A DNA stretch of 64,000 nt from Macrostomum lignano. Its lineage: Eukaryota. Location of the stretch: the NCBI GenBank assembly GCA_002269645.1, contig NIVC01002865.1, positions 70,194 to 134,193 on the forward strand, read 5' to 3'. Shown piece by piece: positions 1-15,745 of the stretch. Made by a program: the position numbers and the translations under genes. Under the pieces are notes generated by a model. The model worked only from the letters and a program-made list of their open reading frames with translations, was not told where the DNA came from and did no database searches. Positions within the stretch are counted from its first letter, which is position 1, and each line of letters begins with the position of its first letter.

Positions 1-3000
1 GTCATGTAAACAATCATAGAAGCGTCATGTAAAAAATCATAGAAGCGTCATGTAAACAATCATAGAAGCGTCATGTAAACAATCATAGAAGCGTCATGTA
101 AAAAATCATAGAAGCGTCATGTAAAAAATCATAGAAGCGTCATGTAAACAATCATAGAAGCGTCATGTAAACAATCATAGAAGCGTCATGTAAAAAATCA
201 TAGAAGCGTCATGTAAACAATCATAGAAGCGTCATGTAAAAATCATAGAAGCGTCATGTAAAAAATCATAGAAGCGTCATGTAAAAATCATAGAAGCGTC
301 ATGTAAAAAATCATAGAAGCGTCATGTAAAAAATCATAGAAGCGTCATGTAAAAATCATAGAAGCGTCATGTAAAAATCATAGAAGCGTCATGTAAAAAA
401 TCATAGAAGCGTCATGTAAAAAATCATAGAAGCGTCATGTAAAAAATCATAGAAGCGTCATGTAAAAATCATAGAAGCGTCATGTAAACAATCATAGAAG
501 CGTCATGTAAAAAATCATAGAAGCGTCATGTAAAAATCATAGAAGCGTCATGTAAAAATCATAGAAGCGTCATGTAAAAAATCATAGAAGCGTCATGTAA
601 ACAATCATAGAAGCGTCATGTAAAAAATCATAGAAGCGTCATGTAAAAAATCATAGAAGCGTCATGTAAACAATCATAGAAGCGTCATGTAAAAAATCAT
701 AGAAGCGTCATGTAAAAATCATAGAAGCGTCATGTAAACAATCATAGAAGCGTCATGTAAAAAATCATAGAAGCGTCATGTAAAAATCATAGAAGCGTCA
801 TGTAAACAATCATAGAAGCGTCATGTAAAAATCATAGAAGCGTCATGTAAAAATCATAGAAGCGTCATGTAAACAATCATAGAAGCGTCATGTAAAAAAT
901 CATAGAAGCGTCATGTAAAAATCATAGAAGCGTCATGTAAACAATCATAGAAGCGTCATGTAAAAATCATAGAAGCGTCATGTAAAAAATCATAGAAGCG
1001 TCATGTAAAAATCATAGAAGCGTCATGTAAAAATCATAGAAGCGTCATGTAAAAATCATAGAAGCGTCATGTAAAAAATCATAGAAGCGTCATGTAAAAA
1101 TCATAGAAGCGTCATGTAAAAATCATAGAAGCGTCATGTAAAAATCATAGAAGCGTCATGTAAACAATCATAGAAGCGTCATGTAAAAAATCATAGAAGC
1201 GTCATGTAAAAATCATAGAAGCGTCATGTAAACAATCATAGAAGCGTCATGTAAAAATCATAGAAGCGTCATGTAAAAATCATAGAAGCGTCATGTAAAA
1301 AATCATAGAAGCGTCATGTAAAAATCATAGAAGCGTCATGTCAAAAATCACAGAAGCGTCATGTCAATCATAGAATCGTCATGTAAAAATCATAGAAGCG
1401 TCATGTAAAAATCATAGAAGCGTCATGTAAAAAATCATAGAAGCGTCATGTAAAAAATCATAGAAGCGTCATGTAAAAATCATAGAAGCGTCATGTAAAA
1501 ATCATAGAAGCGTCATGTAAAAAATCATAGAAGCGTCATGTAAACAATCATAGAAGCGTCATGTAAAAAATCATAGAAGCGTCATGTAAAAAATCATAGA
1601 AGCGTCATGTAAAAAATCATAGAAGCGTCATGTAAAAAATCATAGAAGCGTCATGTAAAAATCATAGAAGCGTCATGTAAACAATCATAGAAGCGTCATG
1701 TAAAAAATCATAGAAGCGTCATGTAAAAATCATAGAAGCGTCATGTAAAAAATCATAGAAGCGTCATGTAAAAAATCATAGAAGCGTCATGTAAACAATC
1801 ATAGAAGCGTCATGTAAAAATCATAGAAGCGTCATGTAAAAAATCATAGAAGCGTCATGTAAACAATCATAGAAGCGTCATGTAAAAAATCATAGAAGCG
1901 TCATGTAAAAATCATAGAAGCGTCATGTAAACAATCATAGAAGCGTCATGTAAAAAATCATAGAAGCGTCATGTAAAAAATCATAGAAGCGTCATGTAAA
2001 CAATCATAGAAGCGTCATGTAAAAATCATAGAAGCGTCATGTAAACAATCATAGAAGCGTCATGTAAACAATCATAGAAGCGTCATGTAAAAAATCATAG
2101 AAGCGTCATGTAAAAATCATAGAAGCGTCATGTAAACAATCATAGAAGCGTCATGTAAAAATCATAGAAGCGTCATGTAAAAATCATAGAAGCGTCATGT
2201 AAAAATCATAGAAGCGTCATGTAAAAATCATAGAAGCGTCATGTAAACAATCATAGAAGCGTCATGTAAAAAATCATAGAAGCGTCATGTAAAAATCATA
2301 GAAGCGTCATGTAAACAATCATAGAAGCGTCATGTAAAAATCATAGAAGCGTCATGTAAACAATCATAGAAGCGTCATGTAAAAAATCATAGAAGCGTCA
2401 TGTAAAAATCATAGAAGCGTCATGTAAACAATCATAGAAGCGTCATGTAAACAATCATAGAAGCGTCATGTAAAAATCATAGAAGCGTCATGTAAAAAAT
2501 CATAGAAGCGTCATGTAAAAAAAAGAAGCGTCATGTAAAAATCATAGAAGCGTCATGTCAACATAGAAGTGTCATGTAAAAATCATAGAAGCGTCATGTA
2601 AAAAATCATAGAAGCGTCATGTAAAAAATCATAGAAGCGTCATGTAAAAATCATAGAAGCGTCATGTAAACAATCATAGAAGCGTCATGTAAACAATCAT
2701 AGAAGCGTCATGTAAACAATCATAGAAGCGTCATGTAAAAATCATAGAAGCGTCATGTAAACAATCATAGAAGCGTCATGTAAACAATCATAGAAGCGTC
2801 ATGTAAAAAATCATAGAAGCGTCATGTAAAAAATCATAGAAGCGTCATGTAAACAATCATAGAAGCGTCATGTAAACAATCATAGAAGCGTCATGTAAAA
2901 AATCATAGAAGCGTCATGTAAAAAATCATAGAAGCGTCATGTAAAAAATCATAGAAGCGTCATGTAAAAAATCATAGAAGCGTCATGTAAACAATCATAG

Positions 3001-4550
3001 AAGCGTCATGTAAAAAATCATAGAAGCGTCATGTAAAAAATCATAGAAGCGTCATGTAAAAAATCATAGAAGCGTCATGTAAAAAATCATAGAAGCGTCA
3101 TGTAAACAATCATAGAAGCGTCATGTAAAAAATCATAGAAGCGTCATGTAAAAAATCATAGAAGCGTCATGTAAAAAATCATAGAAGCGTCATGTAAAAA
3201 ATCATAGAAGCGTCATGTAAAAAATCATAGAAACGTCATGTAAACAATCATAGAAGCGTCATGTAAAAAATCATAGAAGCGTCATGTAAAAAATCATAGA
3301 AGCGTCATGTAAACAATCATAGAAGCGTCATGTAAAAAATCATAGAAGCGTCATGTAAACAATCATAGAAGCGTCATGTAAACAATCATAGAAGCGTCAT
3401 GTAAAAAATCATAGAAGCGTCATGTAAAAAATCATAGAAGCGTCATGTAAACAATCATAGAAGCGTCATGTAAACAATCATAGAAGCGTCATGTAAAAAA
3501 TCATAGAAGCGTCATGTAAACAATCATAGAAGCGTCATGTAAAAAATCATAGAAGCGTCATGTAAAAAATCGTAGAAGCGTCATGTAAAAAATCATAGAA
3601 GCGTCATGTAAAAAATCATAGAAGCGTCATGTAAAAAATCATAGAAGCGTCATGTAAACAATCATAGAAGCGTCATGTAAAAAATCATAGAAGCGTCATG
3701 TAAAAAATCATAGAAGCGTCATGTAAAAATCATAGAAGCGTCATGTAAAAAATCATAGAAGCGTCATGTAAACAATCATAGAAGCGTCATGTAAACAATC
3801 ATAGAAGCGTCATGTAAAAAATAATAGAAGCGTCATGTAAACAATCATAGAAGCGTCATGTAAAAAATAATAGAAGCGTCATGTAAAAAATCATAGAAGC
3901 GTCATGTAAGCAATCATAGAAGCGTCATGGAAAAAATCTTAGAAGCGTCATGGAAAAAATCATAGAATCGTCATGTAAACAATCATAGAAGCGTCATGTA
4001 AAAAATCATAGAAGCGTCTTGTAAACAATTATAGAATCGTCATGTAAACAATCATAGAAGCGTCATGTAAAAAATCATAGAAGCGTCATGTAAAAAATCA
4101 TAGAAGCGTCATGTAAACAATCATAGAAGCGTCATGTAAACAATCATAGAAGCGTCATGTAAAAAATCATAGAAGCGTCATGTAAACAATCATAGAAGCG
4201 TCATGTAAAAAATCATAGAAGCGTCATGTAAACAATCATAGAAGCGCATTGTAAAAAATCATAGAAGCGTCATGTAAAAAATCATAGAAGCGTCATGTAA
4301 AAAATCATAGAAGCGTCATGTAAAAAATCATAGAAACGTCATGTAAACAATCATAGAAGCGTCATGTAAAAAATCATAAAAGCGTCATGTAAAAAATCAT
4401 AGAAGCGTCATGTAAACAATCATAGAATCGTCATGTAAACAATCATAGAAGCGTCATGTAAACAATCATAGAAGCGTCATGTAAAAAATCATAGAAGCGT
4501 CATGGAAGAATAAAAGAAGCGTCATGTAAAAATCAAAAGAAGCGTCATGT
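1..4550. repeat. Tandem satellite, 22-23 bp monomer GTCATGTAAA(A/C)AATCATAGAAGC, about 200 copies, runs off the left edge
   Basis: Monomer read directly. Three main variants (A6, A5, AAACAA); the array degenerates after about 4500. Confidence 0.98.
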
Positions 4551-6050
4551 CAGACATGAAAGAAGTGTAATGTAAAAATTAAATGAAGCTGTGCTGTGCT
4601 GGGGAGACTTACTGAGATGTCAAGGCTCACGGAGAATAACTGAGATTACGGAGGGGGGGGGGGTTTCTGAGATGTCAAAGCAAAAGTCAGAAACTACTTC
4701 AAAGTACATGTACTTTACTCAATTTTTTTATTACATTCTTTGTTGGCTCGCCACGGGGGGGGGGCGCTGATAGAAGAAGAGTCATGTAAAAAAGAAAAGA
4801 GGCACTATGTATACATAAAAGAAGATTCATGTCGAAGTTAAAAGATTCATTTGGGAATTGCTACGATGTCAAGGCTTGGAGGGAATCGCTATAGTGCTGT
4901 GATTCTTGAAGAAAGAATCACTAAATTGTCAAGGCTTAGGGGAGAAGAATTGCTGAGATTTCAAGGCTTTTATAGGTTGGGTTAAAGTTAGGTTTAGGTC
5001 AGGTTTGGGTTGAGGGTTAGATTTTAGCGGGTTTCAAAGTTAACAGGGGATTTTTCAGATATCAAGGTTTATGGGGGGGGGCATTGCTGACATTTCAAGG
5101 CTTATGGGGGGAATAGCTGAGATGTCAAGGCTAATGGGGGAATAAATGAGATGTCAAGGCTAAAGTCAGAAGCTACATGTAGTCTATTAAAAAGTTATTT
5201 TTCATTATTTGTTGGCTCCTCACGGGAGGGATCGCTGATAAAAAAGTGTAATGTAAAAAATAAGAAGCTTCATGTCGAAAATAAGAGATTCATTTGGGAA
5301 TCCCTACGATGTCGAGGCTTGCAGGGAATCGCTATAATGCTGTAGTGCTATAATGACTGTTGGAGAGAATTACTGAAATGTCAATGCTTTAGGGTTAGGG
5401 TTAGGGTTAGGGTTAGGGTAAGGTTAGGGTTAGAAGTTTGACAGATTTTTTTTAGATTTCAAGGCTTATTGGGGGCATTGCTGAAATGTCAAGGGGGAAG
5501 TTGATATGTTAAAGCTTGTGGGGGGGAATTACTGACATGTCAAGGCTTACAAGGGGCTTCTGATATATATTGCAAAAAGATTCTACATGTACTTTATTAC
5601 AAAACTTGTACTGCATTTTTGGCTCCCCGACGCTAAGATACTAAGCTAAAAAATACTACTAGCGCTTTAGAAACTTATGCAGATGTCAGGCTGTAGGGTT
5701 AGTGTTCGGGTTGGTATTATGGTTTAGGTTTAGGGTTAGGTTCAGGGTTATTGCGTTAAGATTCGTGTTAGGGTTAGGGTTAGAGTAGTTTATAACTTTA
5801 GCTCATGTAGCTTATTAAAAATGTTTATCATGGAAGCATGATGCAAAAATAATGGAAGCGTCATGTAAAAATTATAGAAGCATCATGCAACAACCCATGG
5901 ACAAAATATTGAATTTAGGGTTTTGGTTAGGGTTAGGGTTAGTGTTAAAAGTTTGACAGGAGATCTTTTAAGATTTCAAGGATACATTTAGCTTATTAAA
6001 AAACGTGTATTGCATTTCTTTGGCTCCCCAACGGGGGGCGTAGATTGCTA
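4550..6050. repeat. Degenerate 400-470 bp repeated blocks with interstitial TTAGGG tracts
   Basis: Blocks at about 4670-4900 and 5147-5345 align, with partial copies at about 5580 and 5985. TTAGGG-like runs at about 4980-5020, 5389-5432, 5700-5785 and 5915-5945. Confidence 0.75.
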
Positions 6051-6051
6051 G

Positions 6052-6182
6052 TTAAACATCTGAAGATCAAATTAAACATCTGAAGATCGAATTAAACATC
6101 TGAAGATCAAATTAAACATCTGAAGATCAAATTAAACATCTGAAGATCGAATTAAACATCTGAAGATCAATTTAACCATCTA
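6052..6182. repeat. 20-bp minisatellite ATTAAACATCTGAAGATC(A/G)A x6
   Basis: Direct reading; ends about 20 nt before the splice acceptor at 6201. Confidence 0.9.
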
Positions 6183-6201
6183 AAACTCCACTGCTCTCCA
6201 G

Positions 6202-8870
6202 TCACGACATCTAGCCATTCATCACAAACCTTCACAGACGCCCGGCAATACGTTTACCTGAGCTGCTCAGGCCTGTTGCACGTGTCAGACGATCCAGCAG
6301 CTTCCGCAGCTGAAGAGGCCGTCACCGATGACACTCAGACGGCGGCAGCGGCGGCGGACTGTCAAAAGGCAGCTTCGCTGCAGAACAGCAGCTGCCTGCT
6401 TCTTGTCTGTCGGCCAGCCCGGCCCCTGACGCCGTCGGCTCTGCCCGCCTCGGCGCGCAGCAGCCGCGACTGCCAGTTCGCCGCTCGACTCGGCTTGGAC
6501 GCCTGTTTTACCTGGGTGGACCAGCGAGTCACCTCACTACTAGGTGAGTGGATTCACGTCAAACTACAGGTGTCTATTTCCCATGTGTCCTCAAACAGGT
6601 GTCTATTTTCCATGTGTCCTCAAACAGGTGTCCAACTTCCAGATGTCCTCAAACAGGTGTCTGTCTCCCAGTTGTCCTCAAACAGGTGTTCTCAAACAGG
6701 TATCTGTCTCCCATGTGTCCTCAAACAGGTGTCTATCTCCCAGTTGTCCTCAAACAGGTGTCTATCTCCCAGTTGTCCTCAGACAGGTGTCCAACTTCCA
6801 GATGTTCTCAAACAGGTGTCTATCTCCCAGTTGTCCTCAAACAGGTGTCTGTCTCCCAGGTGCTCTCAAACAGGTGTCTATCTCCCATGTGTCCTCAAAC
6901 AGGTGTCTATCTCCCAGTTGTCCTCAAACAGGTGTCCAACTTCCAGGTGTCCTCAAACAGGTGTCTATCTCCCAGATGTCCTCAAACAGGTGTCTGTCTC
7001 CCAGGTGCTCTCAAACAGGTGTTTGTCTCCCAGGTGTCCTCTAACAGGCGTCTAACTTCAACTTTAACTTAAGCACAGTAGTTCTGTAATGTCTCAAGCA
7101 CAGGTATCTATGTTCTTAGTGTACGTCAGAAATGCGGTGGACTTTTTCAGTAACCCAGTCGTGATATTCATCGCACCCGCACTGAAGCATGGTAAAAAGT
7201 TTTCCATTTCTTACCGAATTTCTTACTGCAAATCTTTTGCATCAGAAGCTGTTTTTCATAGCCCAAAGCAATCACTGTTTAGCCTAGGTATTTCCACCTG
7301 TGTTGAATACTGTTTTGAATTAGTAAATACAGAATTTACGGTAAGGAGGGAGAGGATGTGTACATAGGAGTGGTCACAGTCGCGAAGGGCCCTAAGCTTT
7401 GGTTTCGGCGCCACCCGTAGCGCTGGTTTTGGCGCCAGCCGTAGCGCTGGTTTTGGCGCCACTCAATACTGGTTCTGGCTCCGCCCTTTGCGCTGGTTTT
7501 AGCGCCACTCATAATACTGGTTCTGGCGCCTCATAATACTGGTTCTGGCGCCTCATAATACTGGTTCTGGCGCCACCCGTAGCGCTGGTTTTGGCACCAG
7601 CCTAGCGCTGATTTTAGCGTTTACTCATTGCAATGAAAAGCTCCAATATTTTTATTTATTTTCAAAACCGCAACTTAGGCCACCTGCCGCAGGACCTTCA
7701 GGGCAGCAGTCTGTACGACCTGGTGAGTCGCGACGATGTCAACAGGCTGTCCGTGGCGCACCGCTCCGCTCTGAAAGGCACCCGAAGCCGCCTGTCTTGC
7801 CGGCTGCTCTGCGCTTGGCAGGTGAGTCGAACAGACATCTGCTGGCGCTGCTCAGCGGGTGGCAATCTCTGCCCTCCCCTCCCCTCCCTCTCCTCTCCCC
7901 TCCCCTCTCCCCTCCTCTCCTCTCCCCTCCCTTCCTCTCCTCTCCCCTCCTCTCCTCTCCCCTCCTCTCGCCTCCTCTCCCCTCCTCTCCTCTCGCCTCC
8001 TCTCGCCTCCTCTCCCCTCCTCTCCTCTCCCCTCCTCTCCTCTCCTCTCCCCTCCTCTCCCTCCTCTCCCCTCCCTACCTCCCCTCTCCTCTCCTCTCCT
8101 CTCCTCTCCTCTCCTCTCCTCTCCCCTCCTCTCCCCTCCTCTCCCCTCCCTACCTCCCCTCTCCTCTCCTCTCCTCTCCTCTCCTCTCCTCTCCTCTCCT
8201 CTCCTCTCTCCTCTCCTCTCCTCTACCCTTCTCTCCTCTCCTTTCTCCAGACTTTTAAATTGTTACAAAGCCTGCTTTCGTGTTAATGAGGTGCTCTCTT
8301 GTGCTCAGGGGCGGCTATAAAAGATCTTAAATTGCTTCTCCGTTTTTCAAGGCTCCATCGGCGTCGGAATCTGTTTGCCAGCTCAGCCTCCTGTGCTTCA
8401 TCAATCCGTTGACTGGCAAACCGGAACTGCTGAGCCTCACCTGCGATCTGCAGATTCTGCAGCAGCAGAAGCCGGGCAGCCAGCAACAGCTCAGCTTCCC
8501 CAGCTCAGCTCAAACTCCGGCAGACTCAGCGGCTGAGTCGCAGCAGCAGCCCGCAGGCCTGAGCGGCCCAGCTCAATTAGGCAAGAAAATCGCCGCGGAT
8601 TTGATCGCCGCCGATTCTGCTGCGGCGACGCCGACGGCGAGGTCTGTCGACGAAGTTGTTGTCGGAGACGGCTCGATAGCTGAGACCGGCTGGCTCGCCC
8701 TCGGCCAGCTGGTTAGCAACGGTTGCCAGGGCGGTGGCTTTGGGCCCCCTAGCAAATTGTGCAGCAATACTGATGACATCTCGCTCGACGCAACCCGGAT
8801 GAGCCTGCTGGGTGCGGATGGCGGCCTGGGCGACGAGCCCGACTATGCCAGCATGCTGTGGCCGCTCTAG
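6202..8870 (+). CDS. PAS-domain (bHLH-PAS family, ARNT/BMAL/PER-like) protein, 3' part; exons 6202-6543, 7679-7821, 8352-8870; upstream exons not found in the window
   Basis: The spliced frame gives the end of PAS-A (YVYLSCSGLLHV, CLLLVCRP) and PAS-B (QFAARLGLDACFTWVDQRVTSLLG|HLPQDLQGSSLYDLVSRDDVNRLSVAH...CFINPLTGKPE). This resembles BMAL/ARNT FVDQRAT..YLPQELLGTS.Y...DD and FMNPW. GT-AG sites have consistent phases (1, 0). Confidence 0.8.
6565..7045. repeat. 29-30 bp intronic minisatellite CAAACAGGTGTCTATCTCCCAGTTGTCCT, about 16 copies
   Basis: Direct reading; lies in the first visible PAS intron and explains the ORFs at 6544 and 6548. Confidence 0.92.
7400..7620. repeat. Imperfect 21-24 bp repeat GCGCTGGTTTTGGCGCCA / TAATACTGGTTCTGGCGCC
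   Basis: Direct reading; same PAS intron. Confidence 0.75.
7872..8245. repeat. CT-rich simple repeat (CTCCT/CTCCCCT)n
   Basis: Direct reading; second visible PAS intron. Confidence 0.95.
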
Positions 8871-8989
8871 CATGGAAGAGACTCTTATAATCAAATTATG
8901 AGATCTTATAGCTGAGATCTTATAAGCTTTTTCTGTCGAAAATTTGTTGACGAGTCATTTTTGATGCGCATATATTATTAATCACTCTC

Positions 8990-9340
8990 GTCGTTTACCT
9001 CATTCTCGTATTAAAAAATTGGAACTAATTAGGTGACGAAGGGTTATGGTAATCCAGAATGAACATAGTTACTCTAGCTGTTTACCTCCTTTTCATTAAA
9101 AAACCTTTAGCTGATTAGGTGACGAGGGATATTAGCAACATTATCGGGGCACAGTTACTCTCGCCGTTTACCTAGGTTCTCGCATTAAATGACTTGGAAC
9201 TAATTAGGTGATGAGGGGTTATTACTAATTTACTCTAAGTATACTTACTTGTTTACCTAAATTTACTTTATAAAAAGCAAATTAGGTGACGAGGGAGTTT
9301 TGCGACCTTATCTAGGTGTAGTGACTCGCCGTTTACTTGC
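8990..9340. repeat. Degenerate tandem repeat with AATTAGGTGACGAG and CTCGCCGTTTACCT motifs, about 5 copies
   Basis: The two motifs alternate at roughly 60-90 bp spacing. Confidence 0.55.
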
Positions 9341-10142
9341 AAATATAGGTCACTAAAATTTACATAGGCATTCAATTAATAATGAAGACTATTCTTTTAA
9401 TCATTGTATTCATAGTTATGAGTGTACAAATATTTACTGACTAATCAGATGCCAAAAAGACTAATACTTGGCTTGAATTATTAGATAACGAGTCATTTGC
9501 CTATACAAATGCGTGCATAGTAGCTCCCGCCCTTTACCTATTCAATACTTGCGTCAAATTGTCATCAATAGTCATTGCACTTTTTTAAACACTTTGGTTA
9601 CTATTTAATTGAATTGCTTCCGCACAAAAATTGCATTCGTACACACGTATTTTAACGCTCCGTTGCAAAATCTAAAAGCAAAAACAGCGAAGTTGTATTA
9701 TTGCAAATCTAGAAATCTGTTATCAAATGTTTTTACCTAGAAATTTGTTTTTTATTTATTCCAATGCTCTCGATTGAGTGCAAATCATGCGATAAATGAG
9801 AATTGTTTATTTTTAAATTCGTTTTATTTCAATTAATAGTAGTGTACATATTATTTGTAACACATTTAGTTTAAATTGTGTGTCAAACAATAAATCGGTG
9901 AATGGTGTTTTTTTCAACAGTTAATGACATTAATAATTTATTATTTACATTGAAACTGTCTCTGCTGATTCTCACTTTCAAACTGTTTAAAATTGATACC
10001 AGCCTCTGAACAAACAGAAGCTGAATTGAGTGTCCGATTCAATGTCCTTGAATTATCAAATCGGTGTCCTTGGCTTCTTAAGTGGTTGTCCATGAACTCT
10101 TAAGTGATGTCCCTAAATGGTTGTCCGGGAACTCTCAACGCG

Positions 10143-10600
10143 TGTCCACGGATTGTTATATAGGTGTCCTTGAATTCTCATTTGGGTGTCCATGGATTGT
10201 TATATAGGTGTCCTTGAATTCTCATTTGGGTGTCCATGGATTGTTATATAGGTGTCCTTGAATTCTCATTTGGGTGTCCATGGATTGTTATATAGGTGTC
10301 CTTGAATTCTCATTTGGGTGTCCACGGATTGTTATATAGGTGTCCTTGAATTCTCATTTGGGTGTCCACGGATTGTTATATAGGTGTCCTTGAATTCTCA
10401 TTTGGGTGTCCACGGATTGTTATATAGGTGTCCTTGAATTCTCATTTGGGTGTCCACGGATTGTTATATAGGTGTCCTTGAATTCTCATTTGGGTGTCCA
10501 TGGATTGTTATATAGGTGTCCTTGAATTCTCATTTGGGTGTCCACGGATTGTTAAATAGGTGTCCTTGAACTCTCAAGCGGGTGTCCATGGATTGTTAAA
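10143..10600. repeat. 44-bp minisatellite GGATTGTTATATAGGTGTCCTTGAATTCTCATTTGGGTGTCCA(C/T), about 10 copies
   Basis: Direct reading; period 44 (10150, 10194...). Confidence 0.93.
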
Positions 10601-11109
10601 TGGGGTCCATGAACTCTTAAGTGGGTTTCCACTGTCCATGAATTCTAAAATAGTTGTCAATGAATTGCTAATGGGTTTTCTTACACACAAATGGGTGTCC
10701 TTAAACTCAAGTGGATGTCCATGATTTGTAAAGTTGCTGTCCAATATTTTAGATTCAGTGTCTATGGATGCTGTCCATGGATTGCTTATCGTACGAGTGA
10801 CATACGATTTTTACCTTGCAGTATGTACCATCTCAACATATCGCAAGTAAATGTATAGCAGTTTAACAACGTCATATTCGACCTGCTTCTTAGGATAGGA
10901 CTTTTATCTGTGCATGTAAACGCGAGCGACTGTTGCGAACTTATTGTATTTCTATTTGATTTAAATTCGCTTACGGAAATTTACATTGTTTTCATAGCGT
11001 ATCTTTTGCCTGAAATTCCCTCCAACTTGCAAGCCCGTGTTTACTTTGGTTGAATTTAAGCTGATTCGCTGGTTTGCTGCGTCTGTTACTCGTTTCTGTA
11101 TGGTCTCTT

Positions 11110-11570
11110 AATGTCTGCTTTTCAGGTACTACTGCTGTGTCTACTTCTCAATGTCTGCTCTCTCCGTGTCTACTTCTCAATGCCTACTCTCTCTTGGAGT
11201 CTACTTCTCATTTCTTACTCTCTCTCCGTGTCAACTTCTAAATGCCTCTCTCTCTCTGTGTCTACTTGTGTCTACACAGAGACACTCTCTCTGTGTCTAC
11301 TTCCCGATGCCTACTCTCTCTGTGTCTACTTTTCAATACCTCTCTCTCCATGGTCTACTTCTCAATGTCTACTCTCTCTCTCTGTGTGTGTCTACTCCAG
11401 ATCCTCAGTTGCTGGGCCAGCCTCCCAGATCCTCAGTTGCTGTGCCAGCCTCCCAGATTCTCAGCTGCTGTGCCAGCCTCCCAGATCCCTCAATGTCTAC
11501 TCTCTCCGTGTCTACTTCTCAATGTCTACTCTCTTTGTGTCTACTTCTCAGTGCTTCTCTCTCCGTGTTT
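11110..11570. repeat. Imperfect repeat TGTCTACTTCTCAATGTCTACTCTCTCTCCG with an embedded CCAGCCTCCCAGAT repeat
   Basis: Direct reading; explains the L/S/C-rich ORFs at 11111-11679. Confidence 0.85.
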
Positions 11571-11788
11571 ACATCAAGGCATGACTTCCATCCGCAGTTT
11601 CTCAGCAACTTCCTCTTTTGCAATGCGCAGCAGCCAGTGTCTATGTAAAAAAGCCAACAAAAGTTGCTTCAACGTTTGAGCCCACCTAGGCTAGCAATCC
11701 ATTACACGTCCTTCATCCATGGGCCCAAACCTTCGGAGGGAGGCATCAGACCGAAGCCGGAGGCCAGCCAAGACAACACAGCACACCC

Positions 11789-14240
<2,452 letters not shown>

Positions 14241-14649
14241 TATTGATTCCAAGCGGCTTTCATTTTTACAGTGCGGGATGGGATCGACTTGATGTTTATA
14301 ACTGTATAAAAATATAAACATTGCAGTCAGTTTTTGTCTAATTTTTTGCATTTCTTCTGTCTGCTCTAGAAAGGAGAATATTAAAAATTATGTACAATAG
14401 CTATATTCAAGATAACTCGTATGTATACATATACATTGCGTACCATGCACAAGCATTGATCATGCCTAATTGATACTGCTATTGTGCTATCATGTGTAGT
14501 AGGAAAACCTAAACTTACATAAGAAATTAGAAGCTATTCTTATTTATATAGAACTGGGCTGACAAAACCTGAAAGTCTCTGAAAGGAGCGCCGTTCATTT
14601 GGTGACTGCTCTTAGCTAGGTAATGCTGGTGCGGGAAAGTCATGGAGTC

Positions 14650-14855
14650 ACCCGGACAAGGCGTTTCTGGAAACGAAATTCGCTCCATTGTTCAGACAAG
14701 AGGTTGATCTCCAGCGTAAGATGATCTTCATGCACAAAAATGCCCGCCTAAGCACCGGCTTGATCGAGAGTCTTGGACTCAAGAGCTGGCATCTTAATTA
14801 TGGCCTGATCGCCGAAGAAGAATCAATCAATAATGATCTAGCATCTGTGTGAAGT
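14650..14855 (+). pseudogene. Possible Tc1-type transposase relic
   Basis: Translation FLETKFAPLF...RKMIFMHKNARLSTGLIESLGLK resembles the Tc1 segment around the second Asp (MIFMQDNAPSH). It is short and degenerate. Confidence 0.4.
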
Positions 14856-15195
14856 GCCCTATACAGTTCGAAAGGCTGAGATTTGCAGGAACTGAGAACA
14901 GATGCGCTAATTGCGGCATTCTTTCGTTTTACGATCACATAGCACTGTCCCTATGGGAGTCGGGACTTTCGTTATACGATCCCACATAGAAGACGAAAAA
15001 GTAAAGTTAAAATTGCTCCTAAAATCAAACTTCAAAATAGGACCACTTCTAAGCGTATTTTTATCGTAGTATCAAATCTTGCGTCTTGTAGAAACGCGTA
15101 GGTTATATTCACTTTCGTCATACGATCATTTAAATAGTAAAATTATATGTAGGTGATCGCAAGACCAAACCGAACTCACTTTCGTCTTACGAACA

Positions 15196-15492
15196 CCCTA
15201 CGATACAAAACATACGACCATTTAACTGGGGGGATCGTAAGACGAAAGTGAGGGGGCGCCCAGAATCGGTTCGCGGTTTTCGCGGCTTTTCCTATCATTT
15301 CGAAATGATAGGAAAGTGTCAGTATAATCAACGCTTCAATTAAACAAACAATTTCAGCCTCTAAAATGTCCGTGAACCGAAAGACGCGAAGCCACCGAAA
15401 GCCGCAAAAACCGCGAACCGATTCTGGGCGCCCCTCTCACTTTCGTCTTACGATCCCCCCAGTTAAATGGACGTATGTTTTATATCGTGGGG
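15196..15492. mobile_element. MITE-like inverted repeat, about 95 bp arms (15196-15289 / 15398-15492)
   Basis: CATTTAACTGGGGGGATCGTAAGACGAAAGTGAG...CCCAGAATCGGTTCGCGG on the left is matched by its reverse complement on the right. Confidence 0.8.
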
Positions 15493-15745
15493 TGATATAA
15501 AATTTTTTATCCTTTTAAATTTTAGACTAAGAGGCACCTCTTTCCAGTTTTGAATGCTGGCCAACCGTTTGCAGAGTTTCCGAGTTTACCCGAAAAATAC
15601 GATCAGACGTAATCATAAGTAAACAGTCGCACGAATTTAGTATTGAAAACTCTAAGATTTTCACAAGACTCGATCGAATCTTTTAGCAATTAAGGACTTG
15701 TCTTGTCTTGACTTCAGAATTGTTCATATGATATACAAAGTAAAA

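Noticed and set aside
240-2700. A5 versus A6 monomer pattern as a biological code
   Set aside because: Homopolymer length differences are the typical long-read error and cannot be trusted without raw reads.
1-4550. CRISPR-like array or true telomere
   Set aside because: The repeats are head-to-tail with no unique spacers, the context is eukaryotic, and the nearby TTAGGG tracts are short, degenerate and point inwards.
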